From contig OY764216.1 of NCBI GenBank assembly GCA_963668315.1, positions 576,001 through 640,000 on the forward strand: a DNA stretch of 64,000 nucleotides. Reading direction: 5' to 3'. How positions within the stretch are numbered: the stretch's first letter is position 1; every line of letters begins with the position of its first letter. Positions 38,208-48,489 of the stretch are shown here, one piece after another. Made by a program: the position numbers and the translations under genes. Origin of the DNA: Spirochaetia bacterium (GTDB lineage Bacteria > Spirochaetota > Spirochaetia > DSM-2461). Under the pieces are notes generated by a model. That model made no database searches. It was not told where the DNA came from and saw only the letters and a program-made list of their open reading frames with translations.

Positions 38208-39804
38208 TTCCCTCCCCGTCATGCTTCCCTTCCAGAAGAAAATCCGCCGGGTCATGTTCACCGCCATTCTCGTCCTGAGCATCTCCTTCCTCGTCGTCAT
38301 TCTGATTCAGCGCTTATACCGCTCCTACGACGAGGCCGTCTCCCGGGGAGAAAGCGAACTGCAATACTTCCGGACCGAGCTCTTCAATCAGATAGATATC
38401 GTCAATAAATACAACGAGATGATAAGCCGGGACTTCGACTTCCTGGATTTCATCACTTCCCCGGAAGAAAAAAAGGGTAAGGATTACTATGAGTTCCGCA
38501 AGAATATATTGGCCCGTCTGGAAAACATTCTGGAGATAAACAATTTCAATACGGAACTGAAGATATTCGTGGATAATCCGAAACTTCTGGCCGTCCCCCC
38601 CCTTCTCTACCCGGCGTCATCCTCCCTGTCGGACAGGTTGGAAATTCAAAGGAGCGGGGATGTCTTTTTCCTTCATGATATAACCACCTTCATGTACCGC
38701 AACAGGAAGATCATCGTCGAATTCACGATCCCTCTGACCAATCTTCTCGATGTACGTGACAAAAGCCTTTCCCTTGTTGTCCCTTCCATGGATCCGGACC
38801 TGTACATCAGCTATATGAACCGGGAAAGAACGGCAGACAAAGTGATCGCCGCCCTCCCCGACCTTGACCTGATTCTCGTCTACAAGCTCAACCTCAACTC
38901 TCTATTAAGGGAAATAACCCTGTACGGGCTGATTCTTCTGACGATTACGGCGTCCTATTTCCTTTTTCTCTTCTATCTGTCCAACCGCAGAATACAGCCT
39001 CTCTTCCGCGATATATCCATACTTTTCGAGGCGGTAGGTCAGGTTAAATCGGGTATTCTCAAGGAATCGGTAACCACCCTGCCCGAGACAAGCGAGTTCT
39101 ACCCCTACTCCCAGCAGCTCCAGCAGGCCGCGGACAGCATACACAGCCTGATCAGCGACGCCGTCCTCAAGGAGAGATCGCTCCAGGATATGGAACAGAA
39201 GGCGCTGCAGGCCCAGATAAACGCCCACTTCCTGGCCAATACGATCGAGGCCATAAAAATGAAAGCCCTTCTGCAGAGAAACTACGAAATCTCCGACGGC
39301 CTGACCGACCTGGGCCATATGATCCGCTACGCCATTCAGTGGGACAGACAGTTCGTTACACTGGAAGAGGAACTGGAATATATTGAGAGATTCGTTAATC
39401 TTTACGCCATGCGCTTTGAATATAAGCTGGACTATTCCGTTTCCATGGACAGGGATCTCGAAAAAATCAGCATTCCCAAGCTGACCATTGAGCCCTTCGT
39501 GGAAAATGCCATTGAGCACGGAATCCGCCCCAAGGGAAGTGACGGGCAAGTATCCATAGGGATCACCGGAGATGATGATTATCTGTACTGCACTGTCGCC
39601 GATGACGGAATTGGATTTGACCCGGAAAGCCTGGTAAGCCGCGGCCTTCCGGGAAAGGGGATCGGCATCCGCAATGTCTACGACAGACTGAAAAAGCATT
39701 ACGGTACGGATTTCGGACTTGATATAAAGACAGAACCGGGGAAGGGAACGGAAATTATCCTTCGTCTGAGGAGAGAAAAGGATGCTGAGAATTCTGATAG
39801 CTGA
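38194..39804 (+). CDS. YesM/LytS-type sensor histidine kinase
   Basis: Two TMs; LQAQINAHFLANT, ENAIEHG, DDGIG, GIGIRNV, GKGT. Confidence 0.94.
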   Translation: MPLNSSLPVMLPFQKKIRRVMFTAILVLSISFLVVILIQRLYRSYDEAVSRGESELQYFRTELFNQIDIVNKYNEMISRDFDFLDFITSPEEKKGKDYYEFRKNILARLENILEINNFNTELKIFVDNPKLLAVPPLLYPASSSLSDRLEIQRSGDVFFLHDITTFMYRNRKIIVEFTIPLTNLLDVRDKSLSLVVPSMDPDLYISYMNRERTADKVIAALPDLDLILVYKLNLNSLLREITLYGLILLTITASYFLFLFYLSNRRIQPLFRDISILFEAVGQVKSGILKESVTTLPETSEFYPYSQQLQQAADSIHSLISDAVLKERSLQDMEQKALQAQINAHFLANTIEAIKMKALLQRNYEISDGLTDLGHMIRYAIQWDRQFVTLEEELEYIERFVNLYAMRFEYKLDYSVSMDRDLEKISIPKLTIEPFVENAIEHGIRPKGSDGQVSIGITGDDDYLYCTVADDGIGFDPESLVSRGLPGKGIGIRNVYDRLKKHYGTDFGLDIKTEPGKGTEIILRLRREKDAENSDS

Positions 39805-40549
39805 CGATGAGAAAATCGTGCGGGAAGGGATTAAGGATATGATAACGACGGCCTTCCCCGACCTATTCTATTTTTCCGAGGCCGGGGACGGGGCGGAACT
39901 GGTCCGCCAGGTGCGCAAGGAGAATATCGATCTGCTCATCACGGACATAAAGATGCCCCGGATGGACGGGCTTGAGGCACTGAAGGAGCTCTACCTCGAC
40001 CCGGAAGTCATAGAGCCCCTGACCGTCGTCATCAGCGGATACAGCGACTTCGAATACGCCAGGAGCTGTATAGAACTGGGAGTCAAAGACTATCTTCTTA
40101 AGCCGATAGAACGGAAGAAACTGGCCGCTCTCATCAGAAGACTTCTCAATGAATTCGACCTGGAAAAACTGCAGCCCGAAGAGGCTCCGGACGGGGAGAC
40201 GCTCAAGGAGAGGGAAGAGCACTATATCAAGGAGGCTCTTCTGTTCATAGAGGAGCACTATGCGGAGGATATCAATATGGCCGTCATATCCAACCACCTG
40301 TCACTCCACTACAACTATTTTTCCCCAATCTTCAAGAAATTCTCCCCCAGGGGCTTCAAGCACTATCTCAACACCTACCGCATCAGAAAGGCGAAGGGCC
40401 TCCTGGCCAACACAGATCTGAAGGTAATGGAGATAGCCGAGCAGGTCGGATACAGGGATGTCAAATATTTCACAAGGAAATTCCAGGAGCAGGAAGGGCT
40501 TTCGCCGCTCAGCTTCCGGAAGGAACAGGGCGAATCGGGCAGAGAATAG
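39782..40549 (+). CDS. YesN-type response regulator (REC + AraC HTH, short form)
   Basis: IADDE, TDIKMP, KP, C-terminal VGYRDVKYF. Confidence 0.95.
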   Translation: MLRILIADDEKIVREGIKDMITTAFPDLFYFSEAGDGAELVRQVRKENIDLLITDIKMPRMDGLEALKELYLDPEVIEPLTVVISGYSDFEYARSCIELGVKDYLLKPIERKKLAALIRRLLNEFDLEKLQPEEAPDGETLKEREEHYIKEALLFIEEHYAEDINMAVISNHLSLHYNYFSPIFKKFSPRGFKHYLNTYRIRKAKGLLANTDLKVMEIAEQVGYRDVKYFTRKFQEQEGLSPLSFRKEQGESGRE

Positions 40550-40573
40550 AAAGGGTCTGCGGCAACGACCTCA

Positions 40574-41560
40574 TCACTCGTGGGAAAAGGGGAAAAGAAG
40601 CTCCTGATACTCCCTTTCGAACATGTTCTCCCCGGTAATGAGCACCGAACCGGTATCCTGAAAGGAAATAACATCCTCCCCTTTCAGATAGCGGTAGGCA
40701 GTCCTTACCGAGAGATAACCCATGTTATACGGCCTCTGCACCACGGTAGCCTTGATCACCCCTTCTTCCAGATAACTCATCTCCCTCTGGGCGTTGTCAA
40801 AGGCGACAAGGGAAACCCTGTCCTTGGCGTTTTCCTCCTCTATCGCCCAGGCCACCCCCAGGGCCGATTCTTCATTCAGTGCGACAATCCCCCCCAGCTC
40901 GTCGTCCAGCAGCAGTTCCTTGGTAATCCGATAGGCCTTCTCCTTCTCCACATCGCAGAACCAGGTGCCTATCACCAGGGAGGGGTCAAGCTCATCGCGA
41001 ACGCCTTTCTCCCTGTCGATGGCCGTCGCGGTCTCTCTGATATGGCTGACGATAGCGATCTTTTTCCTGGGGTTTTCCCCGATCAGCCTCATCATCTCCC
41101 GGCCTGCCCGGCGGCCCGCCTCCACGTTATCGGTAGCGATAAACGAAACGGGCACAGCGGAATCCACTCCGGAATCGATCATGATAACGGGAACCCCCTG
41201 ACCGGCGGCTTTTTCCACCGAATCGGACAGGGCCGTATAATCGTTGGCCGCCAGGATAATCAGGGGGGGCTTTTTCGCGATGATGCTCTCCATGATATTG
41301 ATCTGCCTGTTAATCTCTTTCTCCTGCCGGGGACCGGAAATCTCCACGTCGATACCGAACTCCCGGGATGCCTCCATGATGCCCTGTTTCACCACATTCC
41401 AGAAATCCATGGCCGGACCGACATTCGATTTGAGAATGATCTGAATGGGCTCATTGGCGACGGGTTCCTCATCCCCAGAGAATTCATACATGAAGGAAAG
41501 GGCGATGAAAAGGAAAAAAGCGGCCGTGAGGCTCATAAAGAGAAGATACCACTTGTTCAA
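40574..41560 (-). CDS. RbsB-like sugar-binding protein, probable sensor partner
   Basis: N-terminal TM anchor; FWNVVKQG, IDSG, ATDN, QRPYNMGY; 4-nt overlap with the kinase. Confidence 0.9.
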   Translation of the reverse strand: MNKWYLLFMSLTAAFFLFIALSFMYEFSGDEEPVANEPIQIILKSNVGPAMDFWNVVKQGIMEASREFGIDVEISGPRQEKEINRQINIMESIIAKKPPLIILAANDYTALSDSVEKAAGQGVPVIMIDSGVDSAVPVSFIATDNVEAGRRAGREMMRLIGENPRKKIAIVSHIRETATAIDREKGVRDELDPSLVIGTWFCDVEKEKAYRITKELLLDDELGGIVALNEESALGVAWAIEEENAKDRVSLVAFDNAQREMSYLEEGVIKATVVQRPYNMGYLSVRTAYRYLKGEDVISFQDTGSVLITGENMFEREYQELLFPFSHE

Positions 41561-43356
41561 AAGGTCACCTCCTGATCGGCCACGGGGATCCGGACACGGA
41601 TCACCGTTCCTTCTCCGGGAGCGCTTTCACAGGTCAGCCCGTATTCAGGTCCGAAATAGATCCGAATTCTCTCATGCACATTATGAACGCCCATGCCCTG
41701 GCGAGAACGGACGGACCGCTCCTCGGGCGGCGTTTCCAGGCCCCGGATCAGATCGGCCAGCTGAGTACTGTCCATGCCGCACCCGTTATCCCGCACCTCC
41801 AGAATCACGGCGTCTTCCTCCCGTATGCCCGTTATGGTGATGACGCCGGGATAATCGGCTTCCTTGATGCCGTGGTATATGGCGTTTTCCACCAGGGGCT
41901 GGAGGGTGATCTTCAGGGTAATCAGCTCATAAAGGGAAGGATCAACATCTATGCGGTAGGTGAATTTATCGCGATAGCGCATCTCCTGAATCGTCAGATA
42001 GGAGCGCACATGCTCTATCTCATCGCGTATGGGAATCAGCTCCCGGCCCTTGCTTATGCTGATGCGGAACAGCTTGGAGAGGGCCGACGTCATCTGCACG
42101 ACCTTGTCGCTCTGCCCCATCTCTCCCATCCAGATAATGGAATCGAGGGTATTATAGAGAAAATGGGGATTGATCTGTGCCTGCAGCGCCTTGAGATCGC
42201 TTTTACGCTTGAGTTCCTGTTCCCGGGTGTTCGCGTCCATCAGTTCGCGGATCCTGGTCACCATGATATCGTACTCCCGGGCCAGCTCGCGTATCTCATC
42301 GGTCGCCCGGATATTTCCTACCAGGCGGAAATCCCCCGTGTCCACGGACCGCATGATCCCCTGAAGCTTCTTCACCGGTTTGGTGATTCCCGAGGTTATC
42401 CGGTTTGTGGCAAATCCCACAATCAGAAAAAGGACGAGTCCCACCAGGGCGTAAAGCCCCTGGACATACTGCCAGTCGGTCACGATATCATTATCGTAGA
42501 TAACGCTGACCACATGCCAGCCCGTTACCTCCGATGTCTCGACCATGAAATACCGGTCTTCATCCTGGAAAGAGTCCTCTTCCGAATCGTCCAGCATGGC
42601 CATGATCCCCTCTATCGGCTCCTCCTTGATACTGGAGTAGACAAGCTGCTGGGTGGGATGGAAGACATAGTTTCCCTCCCGGTCCAGGATAAAATTATAT
42701 CCCCGTTTTCCCACCGAAAGAGACCGGCACAGTTCATTGATCCTCATGAATTTCAGATCCACCAGCAGAATCCCCAGAACGCTCCTGTCCTCCTCGAGAA
42801 GTATCGTCCGGCTGAGAGAAACCACCCAGGGATAGCGGTCCCTTATCAGATTCTGCACATAGGACGAGGAGACGACGGTTCTGTCAAAAGCATCCAGAGC
42901 CCCGGTATACCACTCCTTCTCCCTCCAGTCGGTCCAGGGATTAATACGGGCGTCCAAGTCGCTGGAAATGATCTGCCCCTTAAGGCCCATGACCATGATT
43001 TCCGAAATATCCTCCCGGGTCCGGGAGTAGTTCCCGAGTCTCTCGCCCACCAGGCGGACGGTCTCATCGTATCCCGGGGAACCGGCGGCCGCCCCGTCTG
43101 CGGCAAAAAGAGCCTGAATATCCCTATCCCCTATGACGGCGTTGACAAGGGGCTCCATGCCGGAAACATAGGAATCAATCTGCGCGACCAGCTGTCTGAG
43201 CATGACACGGTTGTTATCCAGAGTGGAACGTCGCACCGTATTGATGGTAAACCGGAAGGAGATGAGCTGCATGATGATAATGGCCGTGAAGATCATCACC
43301 GTAAAGATCGTATAGATGCGGGAATCCAGTGTTCCGAATGGGTGGGATCTACTCAC
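41557..43356 (-). CDS. YesM/LytS-type sensor histidine kinase (dCache-HAMP)
   Basis: LQAQINPHFLYNTL, LQPLVENAIYHG, DNGCG, GMGVHNV. Confidence 0.95.
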   Translation of the reverse strand: MSRSHPFGTLDSRIYTIFTVMIFTAIIIMQLISFRFTINTVRRSTLDNNRVMLRQLVAQIDSYVSGMEPLVNAVIGDRDIQALFAADGAAAGSPGYDETVRLVGERLGNYSRTREDISEIMVMGLKGQIISSDLDARINPWTDWREKEWYTGALDAFDRTVVSSSYVQNLIRDRYPWVVSLSRTILLEEDRSVLGILLVDLKFMRINELCRSLSVGKRGYNFILDREGNYVFHPTQQLVYSSIKEEPIEGIMAMLDDSEEDSFQDEDRYFMVETSEVTGWHVVSVIYDNDIVTDWQYVQGLYALVGLVLFLIVGFATNRITSGITKPVKKLQGIMRSVDTGDFRLVGNIRATDEIRELAREYDIMVTRIRELMDANTREQELKRKSDLKALQAQINPHFLYNTLDSIIWMGEMGQSDKVVQMTSALSKLFRISISKGRELIPIRDEIEHVRSYLTIQEMRYRDKFTYRIDVDPSLYELITLKITLQPLVENAIYHGIKEADYPGVITITGIREEDAVILEVRDNGCGMDSTQLADLIRGLETPPEERSVRSRQGMGVHNVHERIRIYFGPEYGLTCESAPGEGTVIRVRIPVADQEVTF

Positions 43357-44918
43357 GCTCCCCTGCTCCTCCTGTATTCCATCGCCGTCATTCCCGTATG
43401 CTTTTTAAAGAGGAGGCTGAAGTAGCGGGGGTCGGCATATCCCACACGCTCCGCCACTTCGTATCCCTTCAGATCGGTGCTCAATAGCAGATTCTTCGCT
43501 TCGTTCATGCGGCACTCGGTCAGGTATCCCACAAATGTCTTTCCCGTCCCCTCCTTGAACAGAAGACTGAACTGGCTGGTGGAAAGATAAAGCTCATCGC
43601 AGATGTCCTGCAGGGAAAACCGGATGTCCGGAAAACGGTGCTCGATGATCTCCCGGGCCCGGTCAATCCGGGAAAGAAGCATATCGTTGCGCCGTCTCTC
43701 GATCTGGGTCTCTATTCGCTCAAGCATCTCCCTGAAAAAGGCGTCTATCCCGTCCAGAGAGGCAAAGGCTTCCGTATCCATGGGAAAAATCTCTTCCGCC
43801 GGGTCGATAAGCTCCAGATCCTTCATGAAGGAGTTAAGCATATAGAAAAGTCTGATGGCCCCCGCCTTCAGAAGCTCTTCCGTCATAAAACGGCTCTCCA
43901 GATAATGGATGAGTTCCTCCAGCGCCGCCGATCCCGGCTGATATCCGCCCGTTTTCAGCTCCTGAACGATCCGGCTGCACAGCCGGTTGAATTCGGCGGG
44001 ATTCACCTCTTCCCGGCTTCGAATCTCCCTGACGGTATGATGATGGGAAAAGCCCATGATACGGGAGTATTCCACTCCGTTGGCGGCGACGGCATAGGAG
44101 CGTTCCAGCTTTTCCAGCTTATCCACCACTTCTCCGCTGCCCAGAAAAATCATGCGGCTGTCGGCGGAGGAGAATTTCCTGAAGGCCTCATCGGCCAGCC
44201 GGGAGGAACGCTCTTCCAGAACTGCCACGTCCCTGTCCTGGAGCAGCAGGGCCAGATCCTCGTCGGGATTAAAGAATACCCGGTCATATTCACCGGTTAT
44301 CCCTTTCAGAAACTCCGAAAGGGAGAGCCTCTCCAGATCACCCAGGCTGGGGGGAAAGGAGATGAGAAGAATCTGGTAATACCCTTCGAGATCAATCCAG
44401 CCGAAGAGTTCTTTTCGCGATGCCAGCGCGTCCCGCTCTATTCTTCCGAGGGAAAGCCGGTACAGAAACCTCTCCCGCAGGAGGGGAAAGCTCTGATCCA
44501 GCTTGGCTCTGAGTTCGCTCTGAAGCCGTTGGGCTTCTCTCTTCTCGTCCAGCTCCCTCTCCACCGTCTCCAGGACATGTCCCAGCTCCTTCCGGGTTAT
44601 CGGCTTCAAAAGGAATTCCCTGACCTGGTTCTTGATCGCCTCCTGGGCATATTCAAAATCATCGTAACCGGTCAGAAGGATTACGGTTATGGAAGGATAA
44701 CGCTCCCCGAGAATACGGCTGAGTTCCAGACCATTCATCCGGGGCATATTGATATCGGAAATCACCACATCCACAGGATGACTTTCTATATAGGAAAGTG
44801 CTTCCTCGCCCTGTTCAAAAACGCCGGTCAGATTAAATCCGTTCTCGCCCCAGGGAAGACATGTGGAGATACCGTCCCGGATAATCGCTTCATCATCCAC
44901 CAGTATCATATTGTACAT
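43353..44918 (-). CDS. YesN-type response regulator (long form)
   Basis: LVDDE, SDINMP, C-terminal AraC HTH VGYADPRYFS. Confidence 0.95.
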   Translation of the reverse strand: MYNMILVDDEAIIRDGISTCLPWGENGFNLTGVFEQGEEALSYIESHPVDVVISDINMPRMNGLELSRILGERYPSITVILLTGYDDFEYAQEAIKNQVREFLLKPITRKELGHVLETVERELDEKREAQRLQSELRAKLDQSFPLLRERFLYRLSLGRIERDALASRKELFGWIDLEGYYQILLISFPPSLGDLERLSLSEFLKGITGEYDRVFFNPDEDLALLLQDRDVAVLEERSSRLADEAFRKFSSADSRMIFLGSGEVVDKLEKLERSYAVAANGVEYSRIMGFSHHHTVREIRSREEVNPAEFNRLCSRIVQELKTGGYQPGSAALEELIHYLESRFMTEELLKAGAIRLFYMLNSFMKDLELIDPAEEIFPMDTEAFASLDGIDAFFREMLERIETQIERRRNDMLLSRIDRAREIIEHRFPDIRFSLQDICDELYLSTSQFSLLFKEGTGKTFVGYLTECRMNEAKNLLLSTDLKGYEVAERVGYADPRYFSLLFKKHTGMTAMEYRRSRGA

Positions 44919-44946
44919 GAGCTCTCCGTGCTTCTGTGCTTACTCA

Positions 44947-44975
44947 ATTATTGAACGGATTTTCCCCTTTGTAAA
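44947..44975 (-). promoter_or_regulatory. Sigma70-like promoter of the second RR-HK-SBP operon
   Basis: TTTACA-N17-AATAAT on the minus strand. Confidence 0.55.
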
Positions 44976-45000
44976 CAAATTATTTCGGGACGAATGCCCC

Positions 45001-46749
45001 TCAGTTGTCGTGATAGGGGAAAACGGGGCGGCTCTTGAATTTGATGAGGACCGTCGTACCAACGCCCTCCATGCTGGAAAGGCTGAGGCCGCACTCTTCT
45101 CCATAAAGCAGTTTTATACGGCTGTTGACGTTCATGAGCCCGATGTGATCACCGTAATTCTGATGATTTTCCCTGAACCCCCGGTTCAGTTCTTCCACGA
45201 CGGGTTCGGAAATTCCGCAGCCGTCATCCTCCACGCTGAGCCAGAGGAAATCACTCTCCTCCCTTATTTCGACCATGATATGCCGGCTGGCTTCCTTCAG
45301 CTCCAGACCATGCTTCACCGCATTCTCTATAAGGGGCTGAATAATGAATTTGGGGATGAGAATCCTTTCGGTCACCCCCTTACCGGGAAGGGAGAGAAAT
45401 ATCTTCCTGTGGAGACGGGAGTTATATATATTTATGAATTTCTCGATGTAGTAAAGCTCTTTTTCCAGCGTTACGAAATCCATCCGGTTTCTCAGGTTGA
45501 AGCGGAGAAGCTCCCCCAGCTCCTCTATAATGTAGGAAACCTGGTCTCTCTGGTTCGCCAGGGCTTTCATTCTTATCGATTCCAGAGTGTTGAAGAGGAA
45601 ATGGGGAGTAACCTGGCCCTGGAGAACCCGCAGCTCCTCCCTGAGGGCTTTCGTCTTAATCTCTCCGTTCACACGGATCAGGTGCCTGAGATTGTCCGCC
45701 ATGGAATTAAACCGTTCCGTAAGATAGCCGATCTCGTCATTGCTTCTCACGGTCACCCGGTAATCCAGACTGCCCCGCTCTATCTGATTCATACCTTCGG
45801 CCAGATTCCTGATGGACCGGATAAAAGGATAGGAGAGCAGCATGGACAGACCGATGCTCAGAAGAATACATATCAGAGCCGATGCTGCCATATTCCGGAA
45901 AATATAGGGAAGATGTCGGGTCAGATATTTCTCCGGAATAAAAAGATAGGCCCTAAGGCCGCTCTGTTCCGATTCTCTCCTGATCACATAATAGGAGCCC
46001 CCTCCCACGGAAACCTTCTCACCCTCGCCCTCCCCGGAAAAGCTGAGTTCCCCGGCGTTTTTATCCTTCAGTTCCCCCAGGGTTGAATAGAGGTAATTCC
46101 CCTCTCCGTCGGCGAGATAGATATACGATTCCGAGGGAATGGAGCTCTCGATAACCCGATAAAGCCCGTCAATTTTGAAGTTGATTCGGATAATCCCGAT
46201 GTTCGTGCTGTAGTAAAGGGGCCGGATCTTCCTTATGACCGACATGAGGGGATAATTGAAGGAGTGGGGATTCTTGCCGGGAGGCAATGTCTTCACGAGC
46301 TCATCCCCGTTCCAGAAGGACGAGAACCACGGTTCCAGGCGGATATCATAATCGGCGGGGATATAGTTGTTGTACCCGAAGGAGTAGTGGGATTTCTCCG
46401 GGTTGGCGATAAGTATCTGTTCCACATTGGGCTTAAGGAGGGCAAATCCCTCGGCCATTCCCCGGAGGTAGGCGAAATCGCGGTGTTTGTCGGTCACCGT
46501 GTCGTCATTGGAAAGCAGGGAGATGGTCTCGTCTGTGGTCACGAAGACTTTGGCGATGTTGTCCACCTCGGCAATCTCCTCATCCACGGTAAGCATCGCC
46601 TTTTCCATGGCGGCTTCGGCGATATAGAGGTTATCCTTCAGAAAACGGTCATAGGTGAAAAGGTAGGTAATGAAACCGTAGGATATGACGGAAACGGAAA
46701 TGACGATGAAAAGCATGATGAGGATTTTTCTCTGAATCATCATCTTCAT
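45001..46749 (-). CDS. YesM/LytS-type sensor histidine kinase
   Basis: True start ATG 46749 overlaps the regulator stop (ATGA). Two TMs, HAMP (DEIGYL), QVTPHFLFNTL, ENAVKHG, HIGLMNV. Confidence 0.93.
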   Translation of the reverse strand: MKMMIQRKILIMLFIVISVSVISYGFITYLFTYDRFLKDNLYIAEAAMEKAMLTVDEEIAEVDNIAKVFVTTDETISLLSNDDTVTDKHRDFAYLRGMAEGFALLKPNVEQILIANPEKSHYSFGYNNYIPADYDIRLEPWFSSFWNGDELVKTLPPGKNPHSFNYPLMSVIRKIRPLYYSTNIGIIRINFKIDGLYRVIESSIPSESYIYLADGEGNYLYSTLGELKDKNAGELSFSGEGEGEKVSVGGGSYYVIRRESEQSGLRAYLFIPEKYLTRHLPYIFRNMAASALICILLSIGLSMLLSYPFIRSIRNLAEGMNQIERGSLDYRVTVRSNDEIGYLTERFNSMADNLRHLIRVNGEIKTKALREELRVLQGQVTPHFLFNTLESIRMKALANQRDQVSYIIEELGELLRFNLRNRMDFVTLEKELYYIEKFINIYNSRLHRKIFLSLPGKGVTERILIPKFIIQPLIENAVKHGLELKEASRHIMVEIREESDFLWLSVEDDGCGISEPVVEELNRGFRENHQNYGDHIGLMNVNSRIKLLYGEECGLSLSSMEGVGTTVLIKFKSRPVFPYHDN

Positions 46750-48296
46750 CTTTCCTTCCCCTGCCGCCTGTATCGCGAGGGAGACAGGCCGGTATATTTC
46801 TCGAAAACTTTGGTAAAATAATGGGCGCTGGCGTATCCCAGGGAATCGGAAATTTCCTGAATCTGGTCCGAAGAGTAGAGAAGTCTCTCTTTCGCCTGCT
46901 CGATTTTCTTTTCGGTGAGGTAATTCACCAGATTCATTCCCGTCTCTTCCTTGAAAATACGGGAGAGATAGGAGGGGGAGATATTGAACCGCTCCGCCAG
47001 GGACTCCCTGGACTCCCCCGTGCACTTCTGGTCCAGATAATCCTTCACGTTCTGCACGATCTGGGCGGAATAATACCGGGGATTGTCCTCCAGGCCGTCC
47101 ATGATGCGGGCGAGACACTCCTTGACGCAGCCGACCAGGGACTGTCTGGTCCTGAAGCTTGTCTGAAGATGAAGGGCATTGAGCAGACGGTCCCCGTCGA
47201 AGTAGTCCCCTTCCTTCCCCATACGCACGAGAGTCTTCCCCAGGAGAAGAAAAAGATTCACCGCCTCCAGGTAATACTGGGATGTACGGCAGTTATTCTC
47301 CGCCAGGGAATCAAAGAGAATGTCAGTTTCCCGAAAGGCTCCGTCCCTGTCCAGCTCCCGTACGGATTGGACAATCCCTTCCAACCGGGGGAGAGTCCGG
47401 AGGGAGTTGCCCGCGGCTCGCTGGCGCAGCTCCTCATAAAAACGAACCTGATCGGGAACAAATACGTCTCCCAGAGACTCTTCGGCTTCCCGGAAGGCCC
47501 TTCCCAGGCTGTCCCAGTCACCGTGTATCCGGCTGCATCCGCCGAAAAAGGAGAAGTTCTTCAGCTCTTCCAGACGGGAAAGGCCCTTCTTGAGGTTTTC
47601 CCAGGTGCTGTTCTCATCTTCCCCTGAGAACAGCAGAATCAGCCGGCTGCCCGAGAGAAAGGCGGGAGGGGAGCCCTCGGGAGACCGGGAAAACTGATCC
47701 CTCAGCAAAGCGAGAGCTTCCGGTTCTCCCGCCGCCGGTTCGACAAGAAGGAGGGCAAAGCAGGGAGGAGGAGAGTCGAATCCGATCAGGGCAAAATCGA
47801 TTCTGTCCGCCCGGGAGGAACTGTTTGAGAGCAGATCCATGAAGTACTTCTCTCTGGCCAGGGAGGAGAGGACCGATATTTTGTTATTTCTGGCCTGCTC
47901 GGTCATGCTCCGGGAGCGCTCTTCCTGCAGTTCTCCGGTAATCTTGTTTACCGCCCGCACAAGTTCGGACCGCTTGACCGGTTTCAGCAGATAGGCGGAC
48001 ACCCCGAGCTCAATAGCCTGCCTGGCATAGGCAAAGTCGTCGAAGCCGCTGATGATGATGATTTTCAACCCGATCTGGAGAGAGAGAAGACGGCTGATCA
48101 TTTCCAGGCCGTTATACCCGGGCATCCGGATATCGGTTATCAGAAGATCGGGCCGCAGCTCTTCAATTTTCCTGATGCCCTCAATACCGTCATAGGCATG
48201 GCCTACAATGGTCACTCCGTTGGCCTTCCAGTCAATGAGGTAATCCAGACCGTCCAGAATGGCCCTGTCGTCGTCAACGAAAAGAGCTTTGATCAT
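46746..48296 (-). CDS. YesN-type response regulator (long form)
   Basis: FVDDD, TDIRMP, C-terminal AraC HTH LGYASAHYF. Divergent from the CUT1/GH38 operon. Confidence 0.95.
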   Translation of the reverse strand: MIKALFVDDDRAILDGLDYLIDWKANGVTIVGHAYDGIEGIRKIEELRPDLLITDIRMPGYNGLEMISRLLSLQIGLKIIIISGFDDFAYARQAIELGVSAYLLKPVKRSELVRAVNKITGELQEERSRSMTEQARNNKISVLSSLAREKYFMDLLSNSSSRADRIDFALIGFDSPPPCFALLLVEPAAGEPEALALLRDQFSRSPEGSPPAFLSGSRLILLFSGEDENSTWENLKKGLSRLEELKNFSFFGGCSRIHGDWDSLGRAFREAEESLGDVFVPDQVRFYEELRQRAAGNSLRTLPRLEGIVQSVRELDRDGAFRETDILFDSLAENNCRTSQYYLEAVNLFLLLGKTLVRMGKEGDYFDGDRLLNALHLQTSFRTRQSLVGCVKECLARIMDGLEDNPRYYSAQIVQNVKDYLDQKCTGESRESLAERFNISPSYLSRIFKEETGMNLVNYLTEKKIEQAKERLLYSSDQIQEISDSLGYASAHYFTKVFEKYTGLSPSRYRRQGKER

Positions 48297-48489
48297 CTCT
48301 TCTCCCCAAAGGATTTTTACGCAATTCTATGCAAGGCAGCAGTATAATACTTTTCCGGCTCCCTTATAAGAGAATAGCCATCAATGGAGAGAAAAAGAAC
48401 AAAAAAGCCACATACCGGTAACAAAATTATACGTTTTTACCAAAACGAAATATGTTAACGTGGATTAAATCCAAAAATAAGGAGTCATT

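Noticed and set aside
46750..47118. 123-aa N-terminal extension of the third kinase (apparent long overlap with the regulator)
   Set aside because: An out-of-frame read of the regulator gene; the ATGA junction at 46746-46749 gives the real start.
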